A DNA stretch of 64,000 nt from Armatimonadota bacterium (GCA_038207085.1 JBBRAE010000001.1:128001-192000), one strand, 5' to 3'. Positions 51,973 through 62,239 are shown, counted from the first letter of the stretch. Numbers and translations are program-made. Notes: generated by a model from the sequence alone, not told the origin.

Positions 51973-53505
51973 TTGAGTTATCTTCTGGGTATTGACGTCG
52001 GTACCAGCGGCACCAAGGCCTTGATTATCGACAGTTCGCGTGATGGGGCAGCAGTCGGCTCCGCTACAGTGCTTTATCCACTTTACACACCGAAACCCCT
52101 TTGGGCCGAACAGAACCCCGAGGACTGGTGGAACGCGACCGTATCCGCGGTCGCCCAAGCGATTCAACAGGCCGGAATCGCCGCCAAAGAGATCAAAGGC
52201 ATCGGGCTTTCTGGCCAAATGCACGGGTCGGTCTTTCTTGACGAAAATGACGCAATACTTCGACCAGCGATGCTCTGGTGCGACCAGCGAACATCCGACG
52301 AATGCGCCTGGATCACCGACACGATTGGCTTTGATAATGTAATCGAGCTCACCAGCAACCCCGTGCTTACGGGGTTCACTGCGGGCAAGATCATCTGGGT
52401 TAGAAACAACGAGCCCGAGGTCTACAAGAAGATTCGCAAAGTCCTGCTTCCCAAAGACTACATCAGGCTCAAGCTAACCGGCGAGTATGCGACCGAGGTG
52501 TCGGACGCTTCAGGTACATCGCTCTTCAATGTACGAAAGCGCATTTGGGCCGATGAGATGCTGGACGGAATTGGTGTTCCAAGGGACTGGATGCCGAAGT
52601 GCTACGAGTCTCCTGAGGTCTCAGGCAAGGTTAACGAAGCCGCAGCAGCAGCGACCGGACTTGCGGTCGGAACGGCTGTTGTCGGAGGCGGTGGAGACAA
52701 CGCGGCAAGCGCGGTCGGAAACGGTATCGTCGAGCCGGGACTCACGTTCTCGTCGCTCGGCACATCAGGCGTCGTCTTTGCTTACTCGGACGAGCCCGCT
52801 GTCGACCCCAAACTGCGCGTGCACACATTTTGCCACGCGGTGCCGGGCAAGTGGCACCAGATGGGCGTTGTGCTCTCAGCAGGAGGCAGCCTGAGGTGGT
52901 ATCGTGACACATTCGCAGACGCCGAGTGTACAGTTGCCAAGTATATCGATGGCGATCCCTACGATATCATTGCAGAGGAAGCTGAAAACGTCACCCCGGG
53001 GTGCGAGGGGCTGATATTCCTCCCCTACCTCACCGGCGAGCGCACACCACACGCCGACCCCTATGCTCGCGGAGCATTTGTCGGGATCACCCTGCGCCAC
53101 GGCAAGCCGCATTTCGCCCGCTCCGTGATGGAAGGCGTCGCCTACGCGATGAAGGACTCTTTTGAGATCCTGAAAGAGATGAATGTTCCGATCACCCAGG
53201 TTCGCGCGACCGGCGGCGGCGCAAGAAGCGCGGTCTGGAGACAGATGCAAGCCGACGTTACAGGACTTCCTCATGTTACGATCAACACGGGTGAAGGCCC
53301 CGCGCTCGGAGTCGCGCTCCTTGCAGGCGTCGGAACCGGCGTCTATTCAAGCGTGAAGGACGCCTGCCACTCGACGATCAAAGTCGACCTGTCGACCGAC
53401 CCTATTGCTGACAACAGTGCGGCATATAACCGGTACTATCCGGTCTATAAGTCGCTTTATCAGTCTCTCAAGGGCGACTTTAGCACCGTCTCGAAGATCG
53501 AGTAG
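51973..53505 (+). CDS. xylB: Xylulokinase
   Basis: GIDVGTSGTK, SGQMHG, LWCDQRT, PKDY, SDASGT, GGGDN, PYL.GERTP. Confidence 0.93.
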   Translation: MSYLLGIDVGTSGTKALIIDSSRDGAAVGSATVLYPLYTPKPLWAEQNPEDWWNATVSAVAQAIQQAGIAAKEIKGIGLSGQMHGSVFLDENDAILRPAMLWCDQRTSDECAWITDTIGFDNVIELTSNPVLTGFTAGKIIWVRNNEPEVYKKIRKVLLPKDYIRLKLTGEYATEVSDASGTSLFNVRKRIWADEMLDGIGVPRDWMPKCYESPEVSGKVNEAAAAATGLAVGTAVVGGGGDNAASAVGNGIVEPGLTFSSLGTSGVVFAYSDEPAVDPKLRVHTFCHAVPGKWHQMGVVLSAGGSLRWYRDTFADAECTVAKYIDGDPYDIIAEEAENVTPGCEGLIFLPYLTGERTPHADPYARGAFVGITLRHGKPHFARSVMEGVAYAMKDSFEILKEMNVPITQVRATGGGARSAVWRQMQADVTGLPHVTINTGEGPALGVALLAGVGTGVYSSVKDACHSTIKVDLSTDPIADNSAAYNRYYPVYKSLYQSLKGDFSTVSKIE

Positions 53506-53514
53506 TGTGTATAT

Positions 53515-53547
53515 CGGCCGGTAGGAGCCTCCTACCGGCCGGTTTTT
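53515..53547 (+). terminator. Intrinsic terminator after xylB
   Basis: cggccggtagga-gcc-tcctaccggccg followed by gttttt. Confidence 0.8.
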
Positions 53548-53560
53548 GAGGGCTAAAAAG

Positions 53561-54670
53561 ATGATAATTGGCGTTCCGAGAGAGATCAAACAGGGTGAGT
53601 ATCGCGTGTCGGTCGTCCCGGTGCTTGTCGAAGCCCTAGCCAAGGCGGGACACACCGTTCTCGTTCAAACCGACGCTGGTCGAGGCACGGGGATAAGCGA
53701 CGCCGAATATTCTGACGCAGGCGCGAAGATCGTCGCATCCACCGCAGATGCCTATTCTGCTGACCTCGTGGTCAAAGTTAAAGAACCCCAGCCAAACGAA
53801 TACCCCTTGATCCGGGAGGGGCAGATCGTCTTCACCTACTTCCACTTCGCCGCTAGCCGCGAGCTTACTCAGGCTATGATCGACTCCGGCGCTGTCTGTC
53901 TTGCCTATGAGACCATCGAGGATCTCGACGGGTCACTTCCTGCGCTTACGCCGATGAGTGAGGTCGCCGGGCGGATGGCGGTCCACGAAGGCGCTAAGTT
54001 CCTTGAGAGGCCGATGGAGGGCCGAGGGATTCTGCTCGGGGGGGTCCCTGGAGTGACACCGGCTACCGTAGTTGTCCTCGGTGGAGGTGTCGCGGGCGCC
54101 AACGCTGCTAAGATGGCCGCAGGGCTGGGCGCTAACGTCATTGTGCTCGACGTGAACCTCGACCGGCTCCGATATCTGGACGACGTTATGCCGCCAAACG
54201 TCACCACACTCTTTTCCAACAGCTATAATATCAAAAACGCGATCGCCAGTGCTGATCTTGTAATCGGCGCAGTGCTGCGGCACGGTGCGAAGACTCCTGT
54301 GCTTGTTACCCGGGAGATGCTGAAACTGATGAGGCCCCGGGCGGTGATAGTCGATATCGCTGTTGACCAGGGGGGAGCGTTTGAGACATCGAGGCCGACG
54401 ACGCACAGCCATCCCACCTTTATCGAAGAGGGAATAGTTCACTACTGCGTCGCCAATATGCCCGGAGCGGTCGCAGGGACCTCCACATACGCCCTGACCA
54501 ACGTAACCGGTCGCTACGTGCTCCAGATCGCTAACAAGGGGCTTGGGAGCGCCTTAACGGAGAATCCTGCGCTTCGACGCGGGCTCAACATCGCGGGCGG
54601 CAAGGTGGTCCACCCGGCTGTTGCCGAGCTCTTTGGTCATCCCCTCGCAAAGATGGACGACGTTCTGTGA
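53561..54670 (+). CDS. ald: Alanine dehydrogenase
   Basis: IGVPREIK..E.RV, KVKEP, PMSEVAGR, DIAVDQGG, HYCVANMPG. Confidence 0.95.
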   Translation: MIIGVPREIKQGEYRVSVVPVLVEALAKAGHTVLVQTDAGRGTGISDAEYSDAGAKIVASTADAYSADLVVKVKEPQPNEYPLIREGQIVFTYFHFAASRELTQAMIDSGAVCLAYETIEDLDGSLPALTPMSEVAGRMAVHEGAKFLERPMEGRGILLGGVPGVTPATVVVLGGGVAGANAAKMAAGLGANVIVLDVNLDRLRYLDDVMPPNVTTLFSNSYNIKNAIASADLVIGAVLRHGAKTPVLVTREMLKLMRPRAVIVDIAVDQGGAFETSRPTTHSHPTFIEEGIVHYCVANMPGAVAGTSTYALTNVTGRYVLQIANKGLGSALTENPALRRGLNIAGGKVVHPAVAELFGHPLAKMDDVL

Positions 54671-55992
54671 TCTACCGCGCGCGTTACGTTCTGACGATGG
54701 CCCAGGAGCCGATAGTCGACGGAGAAGTGCTCGTCCGGAACGGTCGAATAGAGGCTGTCGGCTGCAACTTGCAAAATGCGTTTCCCAACGAGCGCGTAAC
54801 TAACTTCGGCAACGCCGCGATTATCCCCGGCTTTGTCAACCTGCACACACACCTCGACTGGACTATCGCCCGCGGCTTGGTCGACGGTTTGACGTTCTTC
54901 CCGTGGGTTCGCAGGCTTACCGAACTCGGCTCGCGCCTGACATACGACGATTTTCTCGCCTCCGCTAGATTAGGTGCACTCGCGTTGGTCCGTTCCGGAG
55001 TGACGACTACAGCAGACTCGTCATATTCCGGCGCTTCGGTTAAGGCGCTTGTCGAAGCTGGACTTCGCGGGGTCGTGTTTCAGGAGACTTTCGGCTCTGA
55101 CCCATCAGGGGACTACCATAGTCGCAGTATAGAACTTCGAGAACAGATTTCGGCTCTACTAGAATTATCAGGAAAGCGAATAGGCATCGGAGTGTCACCG
55201 CACTCGGTCTACACTGCGAGTGAATCGGTTTTGCGACTCGTCGCCGAGCTTGCCCGGGACATGAGCCTGCCTGTCGCTGTCCATGTTTCCGAAACGCTCG
55301 AAGAGAATGAGTTTATCTCTACAGCAACAGGCCCTATTGCCGATTTCTATCACGGGTTGCGTTACGATATTCAGGCGAGAGGCAAGACACCCGTCGAATA
55401 TCTGCGCGAGGTGGGGTTGCTGGGGCCTGGGACTATAGCCGCCCACTGCGTGCATGTATCTGAAGGCGATATCGGCATTATATCAGAGAGTGGCACAACA
55501 GTCGCTCACTGTCCCAAGTCCAACGCTAAACTTGCGGTTGGCATCGCGCCGATCAGTGAGATCGCCCGCAGTGGAATACTGACAGGAATAGGCACTGACA
55601 GCGCCGCCAGCTGCGACTCACTCGATATGTTTGAGGAGATGAGGGCCGCAGTGCTCGCCCAACGCGCGCTCACGGGGGATATATCCTCAATGGACACTTT
55701 TAGGGCGCTTCAGCTTGCGACTATTGGTGGAGCCAACGCGCTTGGCCTGGATTCCGAGATCGGGACGATTGAGGTTGGCAAACGAGCAGATATGGTCGCC
55801 GTCGATTTTTCAGCATCTGATGGCTATTCCACTGCAGACCCCTGCTCCACTATTGTCTACTCTCTCTCTGCCTCAGACGTTGTCATGACTATGATTGAGG
55901 GCGTAGAGGTGTACCGAGACGGTATCTACACCTCAGTTGACGCTTCTGAGATACGCAAAGCCGCGTCGAATTCTTCAGCAAAGCTTATTTAA
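54667..55992 (+). CDS. Amidohydrolase (MTA/SAH deaminase-like)
   Basis: PGFVNLHTH, PHSVYT, HVSET, AHCVH, HCP.SN.KL, GTDS, GK.AD; GTGA-coupled to ald. Confidence 0.88.
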   Translation: MIYRARYVLTMAQEPIVDGEVLVRNGRIEAVGCNLQNAFPNERVTNFGNAAIIPGFVNLHTHLDWTIARGLVDGLTFFPWVRRLTELGSRLTYDDFLASARLGALALVRSGVTTTADSSYSGASVKALVEAGLRGVVFQETFGSDPSGDYHSRSIELREQISALLELSGKRIGIGVSPHSVYTASESVLRLVAELARDMSLPVAVHVSETLEENEFISTATGPIADFYHGLRYDIQARGKTPVEYLREVGLLGPGTIAAHCVHVSEGDIGIISESGTTVAHCPKSNAKLAVGIAPISEIARSGILTGIGTDSAASCDSLDMFEEMRAAVLAQRALTGDISSMDTFRALQLATIGGANALGLDSEIGTIEVGKRADMVAVDFSASDGYSTADPCSTIVYSLSASDVVMTMIEGVEVYRDGIYTSVDASEIRKAASNSSAKLI

Positions 55993-56002
55993 GTCCAACG
56001 GG

Positions 56003-56031
56003 TTGCCATAGCCCGACATTATCGGTAAAAT
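56003..56031 (+). promoter_or_regulatory. Sigma70-type promoter
   Basis: TTGCCA-N17-TAAAAT. Confidence 0.55.
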
Positions 56032-56089
56032 ATATGAGCCGGACAGTGCAGTCCTGGTCCAAAGCATCAAGTCTGGAGTATTTCTTTTA

Positions 56090-56686
56090 ATGGCAAATGA
56101 ACTGACGAATCTCTACACCGCCCTTAGTCTCGAAATGGCCGCAGTTGCGCGCTACGAGAGCCACCAGGAGCGCACGTCCGACCCCACAATACTTGCCCTG
56201 TTGCAGGGGCTTATGCGTAACGAAGATGGTCATCAGGAAGAGCTGACCGGACAGATCGAAAGGCTTGGTGGTGACCTCGCCGAAACAGCGAACTGCCCCG
56301 GCCCGGACCTACCCGGGCTCGTCTACGAAGGCGAGCAGGTATCAGGACAGAAGACCAACCTCGCGATGCTCCGCGCGGACTTCGCGTTTGAGAACGAGGC
56401 TACCAAGACCTACACCACCTTTGCAGGCCTGGTAGAGGATCCGAAAGTGAAATCGCTCTTCATGGAGCTTGCGCGGGCCGAACGTGGCCACGTGAACGGG
56501 CTGAACCAGCTTATCAAGGCAATGGAACAGGGACAGCACCCCGTCGCGTTTTTCTGCCCTGTATGCGGCTGGGCTGTTGACTTCGGCACAACGGGTGAAA
56601 CCGTTGACGAATCGCGCTGCAAGATGTGTGGAGCCTTGTTCGTGCTCGGCGTAGAAGACGGGGATTTCACCATCACCAGAAAGTAG
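56090..56686 (+). CDS. Rubrerythrin-like ferritin-fold protein with C-terminal CxxC-CxxC ribbon
   Basis: E.AA..RY...EDGH and E.EA...Y...ERGH halves; CPVCG...CKMCG. Confidence 0.8.
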   Translation: MANELTNLYTALSLEMAAVARYESHQERTSDPTILALLQGLMRNEDGHQEELTGQIERLGGDLAETANCPGPDLPGLVYEGEQVSGQKTNLAMLRADFAFENEATKTYTTFAGLVEDPKVKSLFMELARAERGHVNGLNQLIKAMEQGQHPVAFFCPVCGWAVDFGTTGETVDESRCKMCGALFVLGVEDGDFTITRK

Positions 56687-56721
56687 TCGCAAATCTTGTT
56701 AATGAGGCGCTTGTCTGCTCG

Positions 56722-56750
56722 TTGACGGCAGGCGCCTTATCTGGTATAAT
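56722..56750 (+). promoter_or_regulatory. Promoter of the tRNA pair
   Basis: TTGACG-N17-TATAAT with extended -10 TG. Confidence 0.75.
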
Positions 56751-56771
56751 CTTCGAGTCAATATTAATCAG

Positions 56772-56847
<76 letters not shown>

Positions 56848-56853
56848 GAGCGC

Positions 56854-56931
56854 GGCGGGTGTAGCTCAGTCGGTTAGAGCGCCAGGTTGTGGCCCTGGAG
56901 GCCGAGAGTTCAATTCTCTTCACTCGCCCCA
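56854..56931 (+). tRNA. tRNA-His(GTG)
   Basis: G-1 with C73, anticodon arm ccagg-ttGTGgc-cctgg, GTTCAA T-loop, encoded CCA. Confidence 0.93.
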
Positions 56932-56936
56932 CACCC

Positions 56937-56967
56937 AAAACGGGTACGTATTTTGCGTGCCCGTTTT
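56937..56967 (+). terminator. Terminator after the tRNAs
   Basis: aaaacgggtacg...cgtgcccgtttt. Confidence 0.75.
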
Positions 56968-57024
56968 CTAATGTACCACTTCCAACCAAGGAATCAGCGG
57001 CACTGTTATGGAACAACTCATATT

Positions 57025-58776
57025 ATGAGGTTTTCCGCTGAGTCACTACAAGAGGCGTTTCGTCATCAGGGGTTGGTGCAGTCGTTTTCGGGGGTTCGAG
57101 CGCGTTTCGGGCAGGGCCCAGACGTGCCCGAGGATCTATACTCCCTTGCGCTTGCCTACAGCTACTGCTACGCGATAGAAGCGCTTGCCGGGCGAGACGA
57201 AGCCGAGCTAGTGATAGGTCGCGACCCACGCCCGACAGGGGCATCGCTCGCCGATGCGCTCGCTCGCGGATTCTACGCCGGAGCAACCTCAGTCGGCTGC
57301 CACGTCAAACTTGTAAACCTCGGTATCATCACCACGCCGTTGATCGAAACCGCTGCAAGAGCTCTCAAAAGCGCTGGTGGAGCCATGATCACTGCAAGCC
57401 ATAACCCGCTTACCGACAACGGCTTCAAGTTTATCACAGGATGCCCTTTCTACGGGCTTACTGACTCTGACGCGGCTCCTGCGGGGGCGCTGCTGTCGTC
57501 CAAACAGATGGGGGTAGTTGTTTCTGCTGTCGCGGAAACTGCCGCGAACCCCGCTGCACTGCTTCGCGCGGTGCGGGCGATAGACGAAACATCGTATAGA
57601 AAGACTGTTGGCTACGGAGAGGATCATGAGCGACGGGTGAAAGCTGAACGGGCCTATCTTGACTCAATGGGCCACGACTGGGGGATTCAGCCGCATTGTC
57701 TAAAACCACTCGTCCTCGGGCCAGCGCTTCTTGATCCCAACGGCGGAGCTGCGTGCGGAATCGGGGCGAGAGTCCTCGAACACTTCGGCGTTCGCGCGAT
57801 CGAGGTGAACGCCGAGATCGGTTATCCCGAGCACGGTATCGACACCGACAACATCGACCCCGCGAGCGGCAAGCACATGCTGATTCGCGTTGCCCGTGCA
57901 GCGCTTAGAAACTCCGCACGCTTTGGAATTGCGTTCGACTACGACGCCGACCGGGGCAATATGGTCCTACCAGGGCTCGATGAGTCTGCGATCATCCCTC
58001 CACAGACGGTTGCCGCTGCAAACATCGCCCTCGCACTTGCACATCACGAGATGGCGAAACAGAAGGGTAAACTGGCGGTTGTCATGTCAGATGCGACTTC
58101 CGGCGCAAGCGCCGAGGTAGCCGCTATGTTCGGCGCGAAGATCTCTATGGTTGAAACAGGGGAGATCAACGTTGTAACCCGTATGAGTCAGCTTCGAAGC
58201 GAAGGCTACGACGTGCCGATCGGTGTCGAGGGGGCAAACGGCGGAAGCATATTTGGCACTTCAACATGTAGAGATGGGCTTCAGACTGCGATCTGCGCCG
58301 CCCTTGGCGATGAGCAGCCGGAGCTTGCCGAGCGCTGGCTTCGCGTGTTCAATCACAAAAACCACCACAATCCGCCGTCGGGAACCAATCGACTCCCCGA
58401 AATCCTCGCGGCGATGCCGACATACTTCAACCGTGTGCTAAAGATCGACGGTATGCCGACTTCACACGCAGATGTAAAGTCCCGGATTGAGAAAACCTTT
58501 CACGACAGTATATGGACCGAACTCTCAGGGCAGTTCGAAAGCTACGAGTTTCACAACTATGAGGGTGTTGCGCACGTCGAGACCAGAAGTGGCGACGAAA
58601 GCGGAGGTTGGCGGTTGTGCCTGAAATCAGGCGAACAACAGTCATTCATATTCGCCCGCGGTTCGAGGACTGAGGCGGGGATTTGGCGAGTCATCGTTGA
58701 CAGCCCACAAAACGAAACCGGCCAGACACTCTTGCGCGTCGCACAGTCGCTAACAGATGCCGCACGAGACAGATAG
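57025..58776 (+). CDS. Divergent alpha-D-phosphohexomutase (PMM/PGM/GlmM superfamily)
   Basis: GRDPR, TTP, ITASHNP..DNGFK, metal loop FDYDADR, R.S.TE. Confidence 0.8.
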   Translation: MRFSAESLQEAFRHQGLVQSFSGVRARFGQGPDVPEDLYSLALAYSYCYAIEALAGRDEAELVIGRDPRPTGASLADALARGFYAGATSVGCHVKLVNLGIITTPLIETAARALKSAGGAMITASHNPLTDNGFKFITGCPFYGLTDSDAAPAGALLSSKQMGVVVSAVAETAANPAALLRAVRAIDETSYRKTVGYGEDHERRVKAERAYLDSMGHDWGIQPHCLKPLVLGPALLDPNGGAACGIGARVLEHFGVRAIEVNAEIGYPEHGIDTDNIDPASGKHMLIRVARAALRNSARFGIAFDYDADRGNMVLPGLDESAIIPPQTVAAANIALALAHHEMAKQKGKLAVVMSDATSGASAEVAAMFGAKISMVETGEINVVTRMSQLRSEGYDVPIGVEGANGGSIFGTSTCRDGLQTAICAALGDEQPELAERWLRVFNHKNHHNPPSGTNRLPEILAAMPTYFNRVLKIDGMPTSHADVKSRIEKTFHDSIWTELSGQFESYEFHNYEGVAHVETRSGDESGGWRLCLKSGEQQSFIFARGSRTEAGIWRVIVDSPQNETGQTLLRVAQSLTDAARDR

Positions 58777-58779
58777 CGA

Positions 58780-59517
58780 CTACTTCAGCGGCTTGGGTTC
58801 GACCATCTTCACCAGGACGATTGAGATCAAGTAAAGCCCCGCGAGCGGAATCGCCATCGCAAGCATTGAGATCGCGTCACTTGAAGGCGTCGCAACTGCC
58901 GCTAGCACGGCGATAGCTACCATCGCGTGTCTCCACCCCATCCGCAGCATCTTGGCATCAACCACTCCAAGCTTTCCAAGGAATATCAAAACGATTGGCA
59001 TCTCAAAGACAATACCGAACCCAAGAAGCATCTTGACGATGAACACGAGGTTTTCCGCGACTGCCGGTCTTAGTTCAGTGTTTTGTGCGGGCAAGTAGCC
59101 GACGAAGAACTTCATAGCCTGCGGAAGTATCAGATATCCGATGGTGACGCCAAGCACGAATAGAAACACGCATAGAGGTGCAACCCACCGGACGGGACGC
59201 TTTTCGTCGGGTGTGAGCGCAGGAGAGACGAACCCCCAGATCTGCATGGTGATCAGAGGCGCACTAATGATCGCACCGGCAATGACCGACACCTGGCACT
59301 TCAGGATAAAGGCCTCAGTGAGACGCGTCATCATCATCTGGTACACGAGATGTCGTTCGCGCATAGCAGACTCAATCGGCGCGGTCAGGGCGTTATATAT
59401 CCAGGGATAGAGCACCCAGGCAATAGCCGTGCCGATGGCCAGGAAAACGATCGAACGAATCAGTCGTGTTCGCAGTTCCTGCAGGTGCTCAGCAAGTTCA
59501 GCGTCTCTATCAATCAC
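58780..59517 (-). CDS. tatC: Twin-arginine translocase subunit TatC
   Basis: EHL.ELR.RL, Q.W.F..PAL...E, FEMP, A..TP..D..S. Confidence 0.95.
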   Translation of the reverse strand: MIDRDAELAEHLQELRTRLIRSIVFLAIGTAIAWVLYPWIYNALTAPIESAMRERHLVYQMMMTRLTEAFILKCQVSVIAGAIISAPLITMQIWGFVSPALTPDEKRPVRWVAPLCVFLFVLGVTIGYLILPQAMKFFVGYLPAQNTELRPAVAENLVFIVKMLLGFGIVFEMPIVLIFLGKLGVVDAKMLRMGWRHAMVAIAVLAAVATPSSDAISMLAMAIPLAGLYLISIVLVKMVEPKPLK

Positions 59518-59528
59518 TCTTGGTGCTA

Positions 59529-60827
59529 CTACTTCCTGATGAGTTCCTGCACAACGGTCAGCCTAACCTTAACCGGAGTTCCCCCGGCTCCTGCGGACCC
59601 ATCTGAGCTGTCCTGACTGTAGGTGGCGGCGGGCGCGGAACTGCCAGCCGCTGCACTGGAATCAGCAACAGCCGCTGGCACAGTGGACTGCAGCTTGGTG
59701 ATAACGTCACTACCAACGTTGGTTGAGAACTCGATAACAATGATCTGTTTGATCAGCTTCTTAACTTTGTAGGCGTAGAAAGAAGTGCCGGAAGCCTTCA
59801 CTGGCACTGACCCAGGGGCAAAGCCAGGGAATGACATATTCCCGTTCCAGTTGGAGGCGATCTTAACGCACTCAATCCCGGACTCCCACTCAAGAGAATC
59901 GAAGTAGCTCTGGCCTGTGAGATCAGTGGGGCTCGATATTCCTTCAAGCATGACGTGGAAAACGGTAGGCCAGGTCGCACCCTTCTTCACGGGTGAGCCG
60001 GGAAGCGCAAGCAGGCAATCAGAGACGTCGCCAACGGTCCTTGTCGTAAAGACATTAGCCTCAAGAACCTTGCCTGTAGCGTCCAGAATCCTGTAGATCG
60101 AGCGGAAGCGCTGTGTCTGTCCGAGCATTGATACCGTGCCGAGAACCTGAGAATAAGGCAGGCGGTTCTTGTCCACTTTGTAGCGAATGAGCGCGGTACC
60201 GTCTCGGCGAGAGTCTTCGACCGATTGTCCGACGACAAACTCACCCATAATGGGTGGTTGTCCACCACTAAGACTAAAGCCATATTTGTCAAACACCTCA
60301 GCCGTGGTCGTATACTTGAAATCGCTGACCTGACCGAGTATGTATTTGTAACTAAGGTTAATCGGCGGCGCGGGGTTCGCCTGATCTATCTGGTTTTTCA
60401 GGTTTACATTGACTTTTGAGCTGCCGACGATAGTATCCCTGCCGCCAGTGCTGTGGGTCTCGACGGTGATTTCATACTTGCCGTCGTTGTAGCTTGTAGC
60501 CTCGCCCCGACCAGTCACACGGGTAGACTTGGTATCCCAGAGGTAAACTATCTCAGACTTCGGGGAATCTTCATCAGAACCGCTGCCCGAGATGCCGATC
60601 GCGGAGCAGAACTGTCCGTTGATCTTGATCGCAATGAAGCCGCTTGCGCTTACATCGCTTGAGAGTGAAGAACGGGGAATAATAATCGGCACCTTGCCCC
60701 GGACCGACTGGCCCTCCGTTGGAGAACTGATAGTCAGGCTCCAAGCTGGAACGCAGGCAGCCGTAAACAAAGCGGCGCACGCAGCCATCGCCGCAACAAA
60801 GGAACGCGTGAAGTAATCTAGACGCAT
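59529..60827 (-). CDS. Exported hypothetical protein with N-terminal Ig-like domain
   Basis: Signal peptide; I.SP..G..V.G and WDT...DG.Y.I.V pattern; Ser/Ala-rich tail. Confidence 0.6.
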   Translation of the reverse strand: MRLDYFTRSFVAAMAACAALFTAACVPAWSLTISSPTEGQSVRGKVPIIIPRSSLSSDVSASGFIAIKINGQFCSAIGISGSGSDEDSPKSEIVYLWDTKSTRVTGRGEATSYNDGKYEITVETHSTGGRDTIVGSSKVNVNLKNQIDQANPAPPINLSYKYILGQVSDFKYTTTAEVFDKYGFSLSGGQPPIMGEFVVGQSVEDSRRDGTALIRYKVDKNRLPYSQVLGTVSMLGQTQRFRSIYRILDATGKVLEANVFTTRTVGDVSDCLLALPGSPVKKGATWPTVFHVMLEGISSPTDLTGQSYFDSLEWESGIECVKIASNWNGNMSFPGFAPGSVPVKASGTSFYAYKVKKLIKQIIVIEFSTNVGSDVITKLQSTVPAAVADSSAAAGSSAPAATYSQDSSDGSAGAGGTPVKVRLTVVQELIRK

Positions 60828-60902
60828 AGAGATCCTCTCTGACACCAAGTGAGCCGCCTGCACGGCCCTCAGGTAAATGCTACCACAGCAGAGCTATCGA
60901 GG

Positions 60903-61370
60903 TCAATTGCTGGGTTGGATATGACATACATCATTGACTGTTTCTATCACGACTCTGTTCCCGTGAAATACAAGAGAGTTTACCGCGCAGTGCTCCTGAC
61001 GTATTATATGCACGCTGTCTTTGGGAATACCAAGCCAGTTCGCGATGAATATCTGAGTCGTCTTCTCATCAGCAACAAGCACAATAGTCCCGCATTGAAG
61101 ACTCCCCACAAGCTCGGTTAGCCCCAAACACGTTGGATCACCGACGGTTTGAACAGGTAAGCCCATCAGACTTGCAACACGCCCTGCGAGAGTTAATGCG
61201 GCCTCGGTAGCGACAGTGTATACCCCGGATATTGTATAAGTCTCCAGCAGCGAGGCCACCATCTTTTCTTTTTCAGGTTCATTCACGCCCAGCGCCGAAA
61301 CGAGCAGCACTTTTATGCTCATCCCCTGTCCCGAGGCACTCCAGAAAGTCGCGGTTGTAGGCTTCGGCAA
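60903..61370 (-). CDS. Degenerate histidine-phosphatase-like protein (start uncertain, 61370 or 61322)
   Basis: C-terminus LG......I.....VN.....VNDVCHI resembles the phosphatase at 10498, but RHG is absent. Confidence 0.55.
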   Translation of the reverse strand: MPKPTTATFWSASGQGMSIKVLLVSALGVNEPEKEKMVASLLETYTISGVYTVATEAALTLAGRVASLMGLPVQTVGDPTCLGLTELVGSLQCGTIVLVADEKTTQIFIANWLGIPKDSVHIIRQEHCAVNSLVFHGNRVVIETVNDVCHIQPSN

Positions 61371-61372
61371 TG

Positions 61373-62239
61373 CTATTTCCCCTCCCCTTTCGGCTGCGCG
61401 AGATCGGGGTTGATGGATCGGAGCATCTGCTGGAACGCCCTCTTGCTCTCTGCTGCAGGTTTGCCGGAGGTGTCTATCAAGTTCGCCATCCAGATCTTTT
61501 TGCCTTCGAGAATAATGCACCGATGCACCACGCGCTTTGACGACTCAGCTCCGGCTGTCGTAAAGAACGCAGGTCGGCCACTGACGTCTATCCTCTGCCA
61601 CGGCTGCACGTATGTCGCATATTTTGCAAACGACTCCTGAGTCTGATCGACCTCGGAGACTCTGTACCTCAGGTTGAAAACGAGGGAGGCCTTCGCAACG
61701 GGATCGGTCGAAAACACGAGCCAGTAGCCGTCTTTGAAGTCCTTTTCGAGGTTCTTAGACTGATCCTTGGCAGTCCAACTGGACGGAATCTCCATATCAA
61801 GGTCAAGCTGGTGGTTGGAATAGGGCACAAGCGACTTCGACTGCCCGGGCTCAGTAGTCGCGGGAGTCTCTGCGGGTTTGCCGGTGAGAAGTGTCATCGA
61901 GCCGCGTCCGGTTTCTTTACCGTCTGAGTCAATCGCCTTCCACGCGACTATGTGTTCCGCAATCGGAAGCGACTGCGAGTCCCAGGCAAGGGAATACGGC
62001 CGCTCCTTCACATCACCCACAGGCTTATCGTCGACAGTGAACGCGACTTTCGCGACGGGTTCGCCTGAGTACGCGGCGATGAGCTTCAGTTTGCCGGTGA
62101 TGGTGAGCTTCACCGAAGACGCGCCAGGAACAATAACCACACTGCGGACTCTTGGAGTTGTTACCGCGGTGTCGGCCATAAGACATCGTGGAACAATCGA
62201 GACAACCGCAGCAATTGCGAGTAGATGCTTGAGTGACAT
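61373..62239 (-). CDS. Exported protein with Ig-like domain and PsbP-like C-terminal domain
   Basis: V.F.VD......PY...WD...H...A.D..G (bacterial Ig-like); IPSSW motif. Confidence 0.6.
   Translation of the reverse strand: MSLKHLLAIAAVVSIVPRCLMADTAVTTPRVRSVVIVPGASSVKLTITGKLKLIAAYSGEPVAKVAFTVDDKPVGDVKERPYSLAWDSQSLPIAEHIVAWKAIDSDGKETGRGSMTLLTGKPAETPATTEPGQSKSLVPYSNHQLDLDMEIPSSWTAKDQSKNLEKDFKDGYWLVFSTDPVAKASLVFNLRYRVSEVDQTQESFAKYATYVQPWQRIDVSGRPAFFTTAGAESSKRVVHRCIILEGKKIWMANLIDTSGKPAAESKRAFQQMLRSINPDLAQPKGEGK

Noticed and set aside
56887..57024. N-terminal extension of the mutase ORF in the track
   Set aside because: It overlaps tRNA-His and its terminator; ATG 57025 is more plausible
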